DNA of 64,000 nt from Chthoniobacterales bacterium (GCA_038207335.1 JBBQZX010000020.1:32001-96000), one strand, 5' to 3'. Shown: positions 29,701-37,842, numbered from the stretch's first letter. The notes: generated by a model from the sequence alone, not told the origin. Made by a program: numbers and translations.

Positions 29701-31436
29701 CCATTGTTGGTGGAAATCTTGCCGGCGCTGATTGTCGTCCCGCCAGCGAAAGTGTTCGTCCCCGTGAGAAACAGGGTGGCCGTGCCCATCTTGGAAAGGG
29801 CGAACGAGTTCGCGCCCGCGCCGCCGAGAATGCCGATCGTCGCGCTCAAGCCAAAGGTCGAGTCGGCTGCGGTATTGATCGTGAGCGTCGGGGTGCCCGC
29901 GCCGGAATTGATCACGCGCGACGCTCCGGTGGAAGCCGCCGCCACGGTCAGCGAGGGCAGCGTTTGGTTGAAACTATTGAGATCGAACGTCGGCGTCGAG
30001 CCAGTACCTTGGTTCAGAATCATCGCCTTGTCGGTAGGCAGCGCATCGTTCTTTCCAAGCTTGATCGTGCCGTCCTGAACCGCGATCTGGGAATAGCTCA
30101 GGCCTGTGGCGTTCGGAGTCAGCGTCCAGGTGCTGTTATCGGTCTTGTTTAACGCAGTCGGCGTGATGATCGATCCTGTAAAAGTGCCAGTGCCGCCAGC
30201 GCCGCGCAGAGTGAGTGTGCCGGTGAAGCCGCCGCCCGCCGTGATGTCGCTGCTCACCGTGAAAACGCCGGTCGCTTGAATCGCGACGATGTCGGTGCCG
30301 TTCACCTGAATCGGACCCGCAAATGAGCCGCCGCCCGTACCGAAGAGCGAGGTTCGACGGCTGCTGCCGGTGGAGTTCGAGTTCATTACGAGGCTCACGC
30401 CGGAGCCGATCGCAGCGCCATTGATTTCCAAAATCGTGCCCGTGCCACCCACCACCGTCGTGCTCGGATTCAGCGTCACCACTCCGCTCGTCAGCGCGTT
30501 GTTGCTCACGAGGCGTAAAGTGGTGATCGCGGTGGTCAGACCGTTGTTCGAATCCACCGTCACGTTGCCTGTGTAACCGCTGTTGTCCCCACTCAGGACA
30601 GCCGTGCCCGTGCCCGTCACACCGAGCGCGCCATTGCCCGAAAGATTACCGGACGCCGTCAGCGCCGTCGCATTTGCCACGGACACGATGCCGCCGCCGG
30701 GGTTCAGCACGATCGCCCGCGACGCTCCGAGATCGAGCGTCGCTGTCGTGCGCAAGGTGCCGCCAGCGAAGGCAAGCACGTTCGTCGCCGAGCCGTCGCC
30801 AAGATTCGCGGTATTCGAGATGCTCAACTGCCCCGCGTTGATCGCAGTGGGGCCGCTGTAAATATTCGTCCCGCCCAGTACCAGCGTCCCCGCGCCGATC
30901 TTCGTGAATCCAGTCGTCCCCGCGATGATGCTGCCGATCGTCGCCGTGTCGCCCGCCGCCGTGACGCCGATCGTCGGCGTCGCGCCCGCCAGTGTGAGCA
31001 CGTCAGCCGGAATGCTGGAGACGATGTTGTAGCCGGTCGTGTTGAAAGTGAGGCCATTTGCGATCACACCCGCTCCACCGTTGTTGATCGTCACCGTGCC
31101 CGCAGCACCTTGAAACACCGCGATCGAGTCCGCGAGATTCGGCCACGCAACGTTGTCGGCACCAACCGGGTCAGTCCCCGTAAGGTCCCAGAAAAGATTT
31201 GCCGGCGCAGTGCTCCAAGTGCCGGTTCCGCCAAGTAAGCCATCGCCATCGGCGGTCGGATCCCAGTAAAAAGTCGCAGCATGGGAGGCAGCAGCCATGC
31301 CGAGGACAGCGACGACGGTCGCAGCAGAGCCAAGCCGCGCCAGCGAATAGCTTAGAGGCCGCGGTTTGCGCGACCGAATGTGAGAGGAGTCGAGGAGGCT
31401 GGGCGCGGAGGAGGAGAAGGTTGTCATAGAGCGCAT
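23727..31436 (-). CDS. Giant PEP-CTERM-sorted surface protein (2569 aa) with autotransporter-associated beta-strand repeats
   Basis: 2569-aa ORF; signal peptide AASHA|ATFYWDP; many TKxGxGTLxL repeats; C-terminal VPEPNAFAMLLASVGVALGLNRFRRRVA; no PA14 motif seen. Confidence 0.93.
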   Translation of the reverse strand: MRSMTTFSSSAPSLLDSSHIRSRKPRPLSYSLARLGSAATVVAVLGMAAASHAATFYWDPTADGDGLLGGTGTWSTAPANLFWDLTGTDPVGADNVAWPNLADSIAVFQGAAGTVTINNGGAGVIANGLTFNTTGYNIVSSIPADVLTLAGATPTIGVTAAGDTATIGSIIAGTTGFTKIGAGTLVLGGTNIYSGPTAINAGQLSISNTANLGDGSATNVLAFAGGTLRTTATLDLGASRAIVLNPGGGIVSVANATALTASGNLSGNGALGVTGTGTAVLSGDNSGYTGNVTVDSNNGLTTAITTLRLVSNNALTSGVVTLNPSTTVVGGTGTILEINGAAIGSGVSLVMNSNSTGSSRRTSLFGTGGGSFAGPIQVNGTDIVAIQATGVFTVSSDITAGGGFTGTLTLRGAGGTGTFTGSIITPTALNKTDNSTWTLTPNATGLSYSQIAVQDGTIKLGKNDALPTDKAMILNQGTGSTPTFDLNSFNQTLPSLTVAAASTGASRVINSGAGTPTLTINTAADSTFGLSATIGILGGAGANSFALSKMGTATLFLTGTNTFAGGTTISAGKISTNNGSGLGTGPVSIPTGGTLETTAAVTVANAITLSGGTLTSTGFQLTLGAGGLTFAADSTVNTTTGPTASKVLAGANLLTGAVGTTISKIGAGDFQINGAQPNLHSNWNVSAGYLELQNATAAGDGVVTVSGTGEVVNSNVNVGNAITLNTGTTISANSGANGIYSGPITLAGDAVAGLRFFQTVTTANSFTINGDVSGPGGLTVNSGSSTTQGTLTLSGTNSFAGVTGITNANVRYSSSAAIAGAGANVTVNANGAAAAGYAIDQAFLGRIVNTSVGAVALGGVNSSNNLDFSAAGANFTAASLGATGAASYTGTLTPNGTTYRLGGGGGTLTLPNANALTGANDLVVQNVGTVVLANTNDLTGTTTVNSGTLVLAADNALVSSNITVAGGTLQIGAGGLTGSIGTGTLAVNGTLTLNRGDRAYTFAAPLTGTGTIVQAANGKINITGGNIPRLQFSNNGAVDVQNVATTLGVDGGVLLQVTGGVYGEVNASTGGSLLLTPNNGDVGAVAGATLVINAPIADGTGSALDFFNAGIGTVILNGANTYTGATNIQSGVVVASLLNKVTGGSASSSLGAPTTVGNGTINVGGSNTSTLRYVGTGETTDRVINLAGTTAGAILEQSGSGVLGFSSNFTATGAGIKTLTLTGYGAGSGLISGAIVNSASATNLTKTGPVAWSLNGANTYTGVTTLAGGTLTLDFANATPTANILAATSTLTTGAGTLALTGKASTTNSQTVASTTVALGGSAISLTANATANPLVLNLGAITRNAGGVVNFTLPTGTQSATNGVTTSTGNGAGGILGGYATVGGTDWATKSGTNIIALAAGSYTAMPTTGGTITVNYALSGASTLTGATTFNSLKITDTAAAQALALGANAMTFSGTAGGLLYAGGTSNAYTISGTGVIGAGTANEFIVNTNTGASLTISAPLVSSTATAGSLTKSGAGTLTPTAVSAFTGSINLTGGVLAASLTNTATTVLGGQLGTTFRMMNFTNGATFRATNTYNDNGPSATNTGFVFNFGAGGGTLDVGSGFTLTLDDGSGAGVASTNAELQGSGDLTKIGVGTLSLGNGTSNFSNFAGRIFVNAGTLTFGGTSGGVNPLGSVAAGTFVASGAGINLNGGTNAAAEPLTLNGTGTASLGALTNGSATNASFAGLITLASDTSIGGSSGGAITLNAPLIGTGKLTKVGTNLLTLGGGNTYTGGTAVSAGSLVLSRLSAVPTTGAFTVAAGATLGLNVGGNGEFQNSDVATQLANTTFANNTSVLSLDTTNALGGTFTSAAVTGAVGFAKTGTGTLILPVSTYTGATVVAAGTLQTSADNGLPATALTLGANLSTVGTLDLNGFNQSFASVSTALNSGTAANVITVANNRTLTVNGNVSIGPVATVANQTSRLNIGGGGDLIVATAAGGTVRVGGNTTSAFSEAATLDLTGLNSASINVSATGTIGVGNTTGTNVVGNTGTLLLPTPAVASGTAVTTLAANNFNIGDGGGNNAGAGQINSAVLGTGLTTINANNVNIGTGGRDVGSLTIAAGNGTVVLRNAAGTGRAAFSVGGSSGVTGVNNGAGVTGNLADFTGHSSDLLISSLTIGNQGRTATQNYDFKFDAGTLDATSVAVGNDTVGSATNVPGIAGTTLTSTLQIGGGNVTVGSGGVSMGTVSGTRGGSTSAATAIADVGNFNITGGTVNIGTTGAFSIQLANLTSANAFVSTSDSFSVTGGTVTLAGAITSASTTRTTTSVTLDGGTLDLTGHAIGGLTAITNLNFRSGTLSNVASINNGTGLAKTGPGTLILAGTNSYPGPTSVTDGRLLVNGSISGSAATVSGATATLGGSGTVLSVAADTGGTVAPGNSPGVLTVASTFSLDSTSHLAIEISAPGVAGVTYDQLSVGGAISLGGASLDVASTFAGGNTQDIFTIILNNSGSAVTGTFAGLANAGIVSAPNGQMYQISYFDDPSTPTVFETSGGNSVALLAVPEPNAFAMLLASVGVALGLNRFRRRVA

Positions 31437-31476
31437 GGCGGGAGTTTGGGGGCTGACGCGCGCGGGAAATCCGTGC

Positions 31477-31561
31477 GCACCTTACTAAACCGTAACCTCG
31501 AATAATTCCCTGAAAAGCGGAATTATTTCCTGCTCGCAACTTTTGTTGCTATACTCGGAAA
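31477..31561 (-). promoter_or_regulatory. Conserved upstream element of giant gene 3
   Basis: Minus strand TTTTCA-N16-TACGGT; boxes TTAC-taaacc-GTAA and TTTC-ctgctc-GCAA at the same offsets as upstream of gene 1. Confidence 0.6.
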
Positions 31562-31600
31562 CCTAAGTGTGCAGCCCGCCCGGCTAAGCGTCGCGCCTCC

Positions 31601-32179
31601 CTATTTCCCCACGTAGATCGCCTCATTTGGCCAATCTTTGCGGATATAACCCTGCTCCATGTTCACGGGCATCACGTAGTTCCGCATGACTCGGACGGGT
31701 GAGAGCACGCGGACGGTCTGGATTTCCTCGATCGAGTCTTCTCCGTGGTTTCTCCGCAGGCTGGGAATCAGTTTTTCCTGCACGGTCTGCACGATGTCCG
31801 TCTCGCTCGCGCCGTCGATGAAGAGCAGCATTGCGAGCTTTCCATCGATCTCCGCGATGTGGCTCTCGAAGATCACCTCGGTGAAAATCGAACGCACGAA
31901 TGGCTCCCGCTGGATGTCGTCGATGAGCTGTTTGTAGGTGATCCCGATGCGGAATTTGATCGTGTAAAGATGCCGCGTCGTGAATTGCCCGGTGCCGTGC
32001 GGCGACAGGTCGAGATTCGCGAAATACGAGAGCATCCCGCCTTCCTCGAGCTTCGCGCGTTTGCGCCCCACCGTGCGGACGTTGACTCCAGTTTTTTCAC
32101 CGATGCCGTTGTCGCTCTCGCGTGGGTCGCGGATGAGTTCGCGGACGATGAGCCGCTCGTGTTCGTCGAGTTCCTTCAT
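31601..32179 (-). CDS. Lrp/AsnC-family transcriptional regulator
   Basis: N-terminal winged HTH pattern LDEHERLIVRELIRDPRESDNGIGEKTGVNVRTVGRKRAKLEEGGML; divergent from gltB. Confidence 0.8.
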   Translation of the reverse strand: MKELDEHERLIVRELIRDPRESDNGIGEKTGVNVRTVGRKRAKLEEGGMLSYFANLDLSPHGTGQFTTRHLYTIKFRIGITYKQLIDDIQREPFVRSIFTEVIFESHIAEIDGKLAMLLFIDGASETDIVQTVQEKLIPSLRRNHGEDSIEEIQTVRVLSPVRVMRNYVMPVNMEQGYIRKDWPNEAIYVGK

Positions 32180-32457
32180 TTTTGGGGAAAATTGTGCGTT
32201 TGGAGCTGGAAAGCGCAGGAATCAGACGGAAATGCGCCAGCAAGGCGACAGTTTTTTGCAACGTTTCAGCCGCGTGTCAAGTCGCGACATTTCCAATGCA
32301 ATGGCAAGCATATTTGCGCCATGTCGAAGCTTCAATGTGCCGGAACCCGACACATTGAATCGCGAAATCTCCACAACTTCGCAAAATCTGGTCTTGAACG
32401 CTGCGCTGCGGGCCCTACTTTCCTCGCCTGGATTTCATCACCGAACTTCATCTGAAT

Positions 32458-35400
32458 ATGAACCAAGTCATTCTCGATCAGACGCAGGGCATTCGCTCGC
32501 TTTATCGCCCCGAAGCCGAACACGACGCGTGCGGCGTCGGATTCATCGCGCAGATTTCTGGGAAAAAATCGAACCAAGTGCTGCGATACGGGCTCCAGTC
32601 GCTCTGCCGCCTCGCGCATCGTGGCGCGGTCGATGCGGACGCGAAGACCGGCGACGGCGCGGGCGTGACGACGCAGATTCCTTACAAGATTTTCGGCCCC
32701 GAAGTCGCCAAGCTCGGCCACAAACTGTTCAATGACTCCGACCTCGCCGTCGGCATGATTTTTCTCCCGCATGACAACGCCTACGCACAGGCGCGGGCCA
32801 AGGCGATCATCGAGGAAGTGCTTCGCAAGCGGCTGCTGTTTCTCTTCGGCTGGCGTCCGGTGCCGACGAATATTTCGCTGCTCGGCGACAAGGCGGCATC
32901 GACCATGCCGCGCATCGAGCAGGTGCTCATCGGGCGTCCGCATGGGCTCACCGACGACGCCTATGAGCGCGAGCTTTTCCTGGCCCGAAACGAGATCGAA
33001 AAGCGCGCCGCCAACGACCAGATCAAGCACTTTTACATCCCGTCGTTTTCGCACCGCGTCATCAGCTACAAGGGCTTGCTCGTCTCGCCTGCGCTGGAGA
33101 AATTCTACAAGGACTTGCAATCGCCCGATTACGAGACGGCGCTCTGCATGTATCACCAGCGCTACTCCACGAATACCTTCCCGACGTGGCCGCTGGCGCA
33201 GCCATTCCGAATGCTCGCGCACAATGGCGAGATCAACACGCGGCGCGGAAACGTGAATTGGATGCGTGCCCGCGAGGCCGAGCTGGAGGCGGATTTCTGG
33301 GGCGCGGACATCGACCTGCTGAAGCCAATCATCCAGGCCGGCGGCAGCGATTCCGCCGAGCTCGACAACGCCCTCGAGGCCCTCGTCATGTCCGGCCGCG
33401 GCGTCCTCCATGCCATGACCATGCTCGTCCCGCCCGCGTGGCGGAACGACAAATGGATGTCCCCCGAACTCCGCGCCTTTTACGAATACCACCGCTGCTT
33501 CAACGAGCCGTGGGATGGCCCCGCCGCGCTTGTCTTCACCGACGGCCTCACCGTGGCCGCGTGCCTCGACCGCAACGGCCTCCGCCCCGCGCGCTATAAA
33601 GTCCTCGCGAACGGCATCGTCAGCCTCGGCTCCGAGGTCGGCACGATCGAATTTGCCGACGACGAGGTCATTGAAAAAGGGCGCCTCGCTCCCGGCGAAA
33701 TGCTCGCCGTTGATACTGTGCGCGGCGTGCTGTTACGCGATGAGGAGATCAAAGAAGAACTCGCCAGCCGCAAGCCCTACGGTCTCTGGCTGAAAGCCAA
33801 CCTGCTGCGCCTCGAGGAACTCGTCGCCGCCGACCCCACCGAGCCCGTGGAGCCGAGCGACCTTCTTTCAAACGCCCAGCAGCAGCTCACCCACGGCTAC
33901 ACATCCGAGGAAATCGAGATGATCCTCAAACCCATGGTGCAAGTCGGCGCCGAGGCCATCGGCTCCATGGGCGACGACACCCCGCTCGCCGTCCTCTCTC
34001 TCCAGCCGCGCCTGCTCTACACGTATTTCAAGCAGCTCTTCGCGCAGGTCACGAACCCCCCGATCGACCCCATCCGCGAGAAACTCGTCATGTCGCTCAA
34101 TGTCGTGATCGGCTGGCGGCGCAACCTCCTCGCCGAGACCGAGTCCCACGCCCGCCTCGTCCAGACCAACTCCCCCGTCCTCTTCGAGCACGAACTCGCC
34201 ACCCTGCGCGACCTCACAGGCAAAGGCTTCCCTGCCGTCACCATCGACGCCACATGGCCGCTCGCCGACGCCGACGCCGGCCTCGGGCCCGCCATCGCGC
34301 GCATCTGCGCCGAGGCCGAGGCAGCTGTCCTCGGCGGCGCCCGCATGATCGTCCTCACCGACCGCGCCACCGACCACGCGCACGTCCCCGTGCCAATGCT
34401 CCTCGCCACCGGCGCGGTGCATCACCACCTCATCCGCCAGGGCAAGCGCATGAAAGTCTCCATCATCTGCGAGAGCGCCGAGGCGCGCGACGTCCACCAA
34501 ATCGCCTGCCTCGTCGGCTACGGCGCGAGCGCAGTCTGCCCTTACCTCGCCTTCGCCACCGTGCGGGAGATCGTCGATCAGATTAAAGTCACCGCTCGTC
34601 AAAACGTCACTAAAGCGGGCACCGACGCCGACAAACTCGCCAAAGCCAACGCCACGCTCGCCGACGCCGAAGCGCTGACTTTCACCAAAGCCGCGAAGAA
34701 CCTGAAGAAAGCCCTCGAAGACGGGCTGCTCAAAATCATGTCCAAGATGGGCATCAGCGTCCTCGGCAGCTACCACGGCGCGCAGATTTTCGAGGCCATC
34801 GGCATCGGCGAGAAAGTCATCGACCAGTGCTTCCACCGCACCGCATCGCAGGTCAGCGGCATTGGCTTCATCGAAATCGCCCGCGAGTCGCTCATCCGCC
34901 ATGGCAAAGGATTCGCAGCCGTGCCGGCCGAAAAGGGGCCGCAGCTCGAGGACGGAGGCGTCTATCGTTTCCGCCGCGCTGGTGAGCGCCATGCCGTCTC
35001 GCCGCCGGTCATCCAGTCCTTCCACAGCTTCGTGAAAACGAACAGCCCCGAGGACTACAAAAAATACGTCGAGCAGGTGCGGCTCATCCAGCCGATCACC
35101 TTCAAAGACCTCCTCGAATTCGTGCCGAAAACCACCGGCCCCATCCCCATCGAGGAAGTCGAGAGCATCGAGGAAATCCGCACCCGCTTCACCACCGCCG
35201 GAATGTCGCTCGGCGCGCTGAGCCCCGAGGCCCACGAGGCCCTCGCCATCGCCATGAACCGCATCGGTGGCAAATCCAACAGCGGCGAAGGCGGCGAAGA
35301 CCCCGACCGCTTCAAAGTCCGCGAGAATGGCGACAACGCGAACAGCGCCATCAAACAAATCGCCAGCGGGCGCTTCGGAGTCACCGCCGCATACCTCGCC

Positions 35401-37119
35401 AGCGCGAAGGAAATCGAAATCAAGATGGCCCAGGGCGCGAAGCCCGGCGAAGGCGGGCAGCTTCCCGGCCACAAAGTCTCCAGCATCATCGCGCGTCTCC
35501 GGCACACCGTCCCCGGCGTCATGCTCATCTCGCCGCCGCCGCACCACGACATCTACTCCATCGAAGATCTCGCCCAGCTCATCCACGACCTGAAAGAGGT
35601 CAATCCGCGCGCCAAAGTCTGCGTGAAGCTCGTCGCCGAGGCCGGCGTCGGCACCGTCGCCGCAGGCGTCGCGAAAGCCCACGCCGACACCATCCTCGTC
35701 TCCGGGCACGATGGCGGCACGGGAGCCTCGCCCCTTTCCTCCATCAAAAACGCCGGCGCACCGTGGGAACTCGGAGTCGCCGAGACCCAGCAGGTCCTCA
35801 TGATGAACGGCCTCCGCAACCGTATCACCCTCCGTACCGACGGCGGCATGCGCACCGGAAGCGACATCATCACCGCCGCCATCCTCGGCGCCGAGGAGTT
35901 CAATTTTGGCACCACCGCCCTCATTGCCCTCGGCTGCGTCTATGTCCGCCAGTGCCACCTCAATACCTGCCCCGTCGGCATCGCCACACAGGATGAAAAG
36001 CTGCGCGGCAAGTTCAAAGGCAGCCCCGACCACGTTGTGAATTTCTTCAACGGCGTCGCCGGCGAAGTCCGCCAACTCCTCGCCGACCTCGGCTGCCGCA
36101 GCATCGTCGATCTCATCGGCCGTCCCGAATTCCTCAAGCAGCGCCACATCCCGGACCATCCGAAGGCCAACACCGTCGATCTCAGCCGGCTCCTCGTCGA
36201 TGTCCTCCCGCAGGATCCCACCGCCCCGCGCCATTGCACCCGCGAGCGCAACGACGGCATCCACGGCCGCCCCATCGACGACCTCATCCTCCAGGACTGC
36301 AAAGACGCCATCACCGACGGAGTCAAGATGACCAAGGCCTACAAAGTCAAAAACACCAACCGTTGCATCGGCACCAAAGTCAGCGGAGAAATCGGATATC
36401 AATACGGCAAAGTCGGCCTCCCTGAGGGAACCCTCACCCTCCTGCTCGAAGGCACCGCCGGCCAGAGCTTTGGCACCTTCCTCGCCAGCGGCCTGCGCCT
36501 GCACCTCACCGGCGAAGCCAATGACTACGTCGGCAAAGGCATGAGCGGCGGCGAAATCGTCGTCCGTCCCCCCGCCGACGTGCCCTTCAAAGCCCACGAA
36601 AACTCCATCGTCGGCAACACCTGCCTCTACGGCGCCACCGGCGGCACCCTCCTCGCGAATGGCCGCGCCGGCGAACGCTTCGCCGTCCGCAACTCCGGCG
36701 CCCTCGCCGTCGTCGAAGGCGTCGGCGACCACGGCTGCGAATACATGACCGGCGGCACCGTCGTCGTCCTCGGCCGCACCGGGAAAAACTTCGGCGCGGG
36801 CATGACCGGCGGCAGCGCCTATATCCTCGACCTCGAGGACCGCTTCGCCGAGCTCTTCAACCCCGGCCTCATCGTCGTCGAGCGGCTCACCGAGGAAGAT
36901 CGCCTCATCCTCCAGCCCCTCATCTACCGCCACCTCGAGGCCACCGAAAGCCGCATGGCAAAGGACATCCTGGCCGACTGGCCGCGCTTCTCCGGCTCCT
37001 TCTGGAAAGTGAAGCCCCGTCCTCCGGCGGCAAAGCCCCTCGACCTCAAGCCCGCGCAAGAAAGCCCCACCGCCGCCGTCACCACCGTCATCGACGAAAA
37101 CGTGACCGTCGCGCGTTGA
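32458..37119 (+). CDS. gltB: Glutamate synthase large subunit
   Basis: EHDACGVGF (catalytic N-terminal Cys), HQRYSTNTFP, AHNGEINT, EPWDGPA, KMAQGAKPGEGGQLPGHK, 3Fe-4S motif CVYVRQCHLNTC, C-terminal GXGXG repeats. Confidence 0.98.
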   Translation: MNQVILDQTQGIRSLYRPEAEHDACGVGFIAQISGKKSNQVLRYGLQSLCRLAHRGAVDADAKTGDGAGVTTQIPYKIFGPEVAKLGHKLFNDSDLAVGMIFLPHDNAYAQARAKAIIEEVLRKRLLFLFGWRPVPTNISLLGDKAASTMPRIEQVLIGRPHGLTDDAYERELFLARNEIEKRAANDQIKHFYIPSFSHRVISYKGLLVSPALEKFYKDLQSPDYETALCMYHQRYSTNTFPTWPLAQPFRMLAHNGEINTRRGNVNWMRAREAELEADFWGADIDLLKPIIQAGGSDSAELDNALEALVMSGRGVLHAMTMLVPPAWRNDKWMSPELRAFYEYHRCFNEPWDGPAALVFTDGLTVAACLDRNGLRPARYKVLANGIVSLGSEVGTIEFADDEVIEKGRLAPGEMLAVDTVRGVLLRDEEIKEELASRKPYGLWLKANLLRLEELVAADPTEPVEPSDLLSNAQQQLTHGYTSEEIEMILKPMVQVGAEAIGSMGDDTPLAVLSLQPRLLYTYFKQLFAQVTNPPIDPIREKLVMSLNVVIGWRRNLLAETESHARLVQTNSPVLFEHELATLRDLTGKGFPAVTIDATWPLADADAGLGPAIARICAEAEAAVLGGARMIVLTDRATDHAHVPVPMLLATGAVHHHLIRQGKRMKVSIICESAEARDVHQIACLVGYGASAVCPYLAFATVREIVDQIKVTARQNVTKAGTDADKLAKANATLADAEALTFTKAAKNLKKALEDGLLKIMSKMGISVLGSYHGAQIFEAIGIGEKVIDQCFHRTASQVSGIGFIEIARESLIRHGKGFAAVPAEKGPQLEDGGVYRFRRAGERHAVSPPVIQSFHSFVKTNSPEDYKKYVEQVRLIQPITFKDLLEFVPKTTGPIPIEEVESIEEIRTRFTTAGMSLGALSPEAHEALAIAMNRIGGKSNSGEGGEDPDRFKVRENGDNANSAIKQIASGRFGVTAAYLASAKEIEIKMAQGAKPGEGGQLPGHKVSSIIARLRHTVPGVMLISPPPHHDIYSIEDLAQLIHDLKEVNPRAKVCVKLVAEAGVGTVAAGVAKAHADTILVSGHDGGTGASPLSSIKNAGAPWELGVAETQQVLMMNGLRNRITLRTDGGMRTGSDIITAAILGAEEFNFGTTALIALGCVYVRQCHLNTCPVGIATQDEKLRGKFKGSPDHVVNFFNGVAGEVRQLLADLGCRSIVDLIGRPEFLKQRHIPDHPKANTVDLSRLLVDVLPQDPTAPRHCTRERNDGIHGRPIDDLILQDCKDAITDGVKMTKAYKVKNTNRCIGTKVSGEIGYQYGKVGLPEGTLTLLLEGTAGQSFGTFLASGLRLHLTGEANDYVGKGMSGGEIVVRPPADVPFKAHENSIVGNTCLYGATGGTLLANGRAGERFAVRNSGALAVVEGVGDHGCEYMTGGTVVVLGRTGKNFGAGMTGGSAYILDLEDRFAELFNPGLIVVERLTEEDRLILQPLIYRHLEATESRMAKDILADWPRFSGSFWKVKPRPPAAKPLDLKPAQESPTAAVTTVIDENVTVAR

Positions 37120-37149
37120 TATTCCCCCGGACCCGCGATTTTCGCGAGG

Positions 37150-37842
37150 ATGAACCGCCTCCATCACGAAGAACACTTCCGCGGCAGCGACACCGTGCGC
37201 GATGTCGTGATCGGCATGGCCGACGGCCTCACCGTGCCCTTCGCGCTCGCCGCCGGCATCTCGGGCGCGATCAGTGCCACACGGATCATCGTCACCGCCG
37301 GCCTCGCCGAGATCGCCGCCGGCTCCATCGCGATGGGCCTCGGCGGATACCTCGCGGCGCGGAGTGCGGAGGAGCATTATCGAAACGAACTGCGCCGCGA
37401 GGAAATGGAGATCGTGCAGGTGCCTGAGACGGAGGCCGCGGAAGTCGCCGAACTGCTCGGCACCTACGGCCTCAACGTCGAGGAGAGCACGCTCGTCGTC
37501 GATGGCCTCCGCCGACGCCCCGATGCGTGGCGCGATTTCATGATGCGCTTCGAACTCGGCCTCGAGAAGCCCGACCCACGCCGCGCATTCGCGAGCGCCT
37601 TCACCATCGCCGCCTCGTATGTGGTCGGCGGACTCGTGCCACTCGTGCCTTACATGACTTGCGGCGACGCGGCGACCGGCCTGCGCTACTCGAGCGCCGC
37701 CACGCTTATCGCGCTCGCGGTCTTCGGCTTTTTGAAAGGGAGATTCACCGGCGTGCAGCCGTGGAAAAGCGCGATGCAGACCACCCTCATCGGAGGCCTC
37801 GCGGCCGCCGCGGCATTCGGCCTCGCGAAGCTCATCAGTTGA
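37150..37842 (+). CDS. VIT1/CCC1 family Fe/Mn transporter
   Basis: RDVVIGMADGLTVPFALAAG, AGSIAMGLGGYLA, FMMRFELGLE motifs; several hydrophobic helices. Confidence 0.92.
   Translation: MNRLHHEEHFRGSDTVRDVVIGMADGLTVPFALAAGISGAISATRIIVTAGLAEIAAGSIAMGLGGYLAARSAEEHYRNELRREEMEIVQVPETEAAEVAELLGTYGLNVEESTLVVDGLRRRPDAWRDFMMRFELGLEKPDPRRAFASAFTIAASYVVGGLVPLVPYMTCGDAATGLRYSSAATLIALAVFGFLKGRFTGVQPWKSAMQTTLIGGLAAAAAFGLAKLIS

Noticed and set aside
190..31429. Dozens of plus-strand and alternate-frame ORFs over the giant genes
   Set aside because: Antisense or frame shadows of GC-rich repetitive coding sequence (Val/Pro- or Arg-rich, no motifs).
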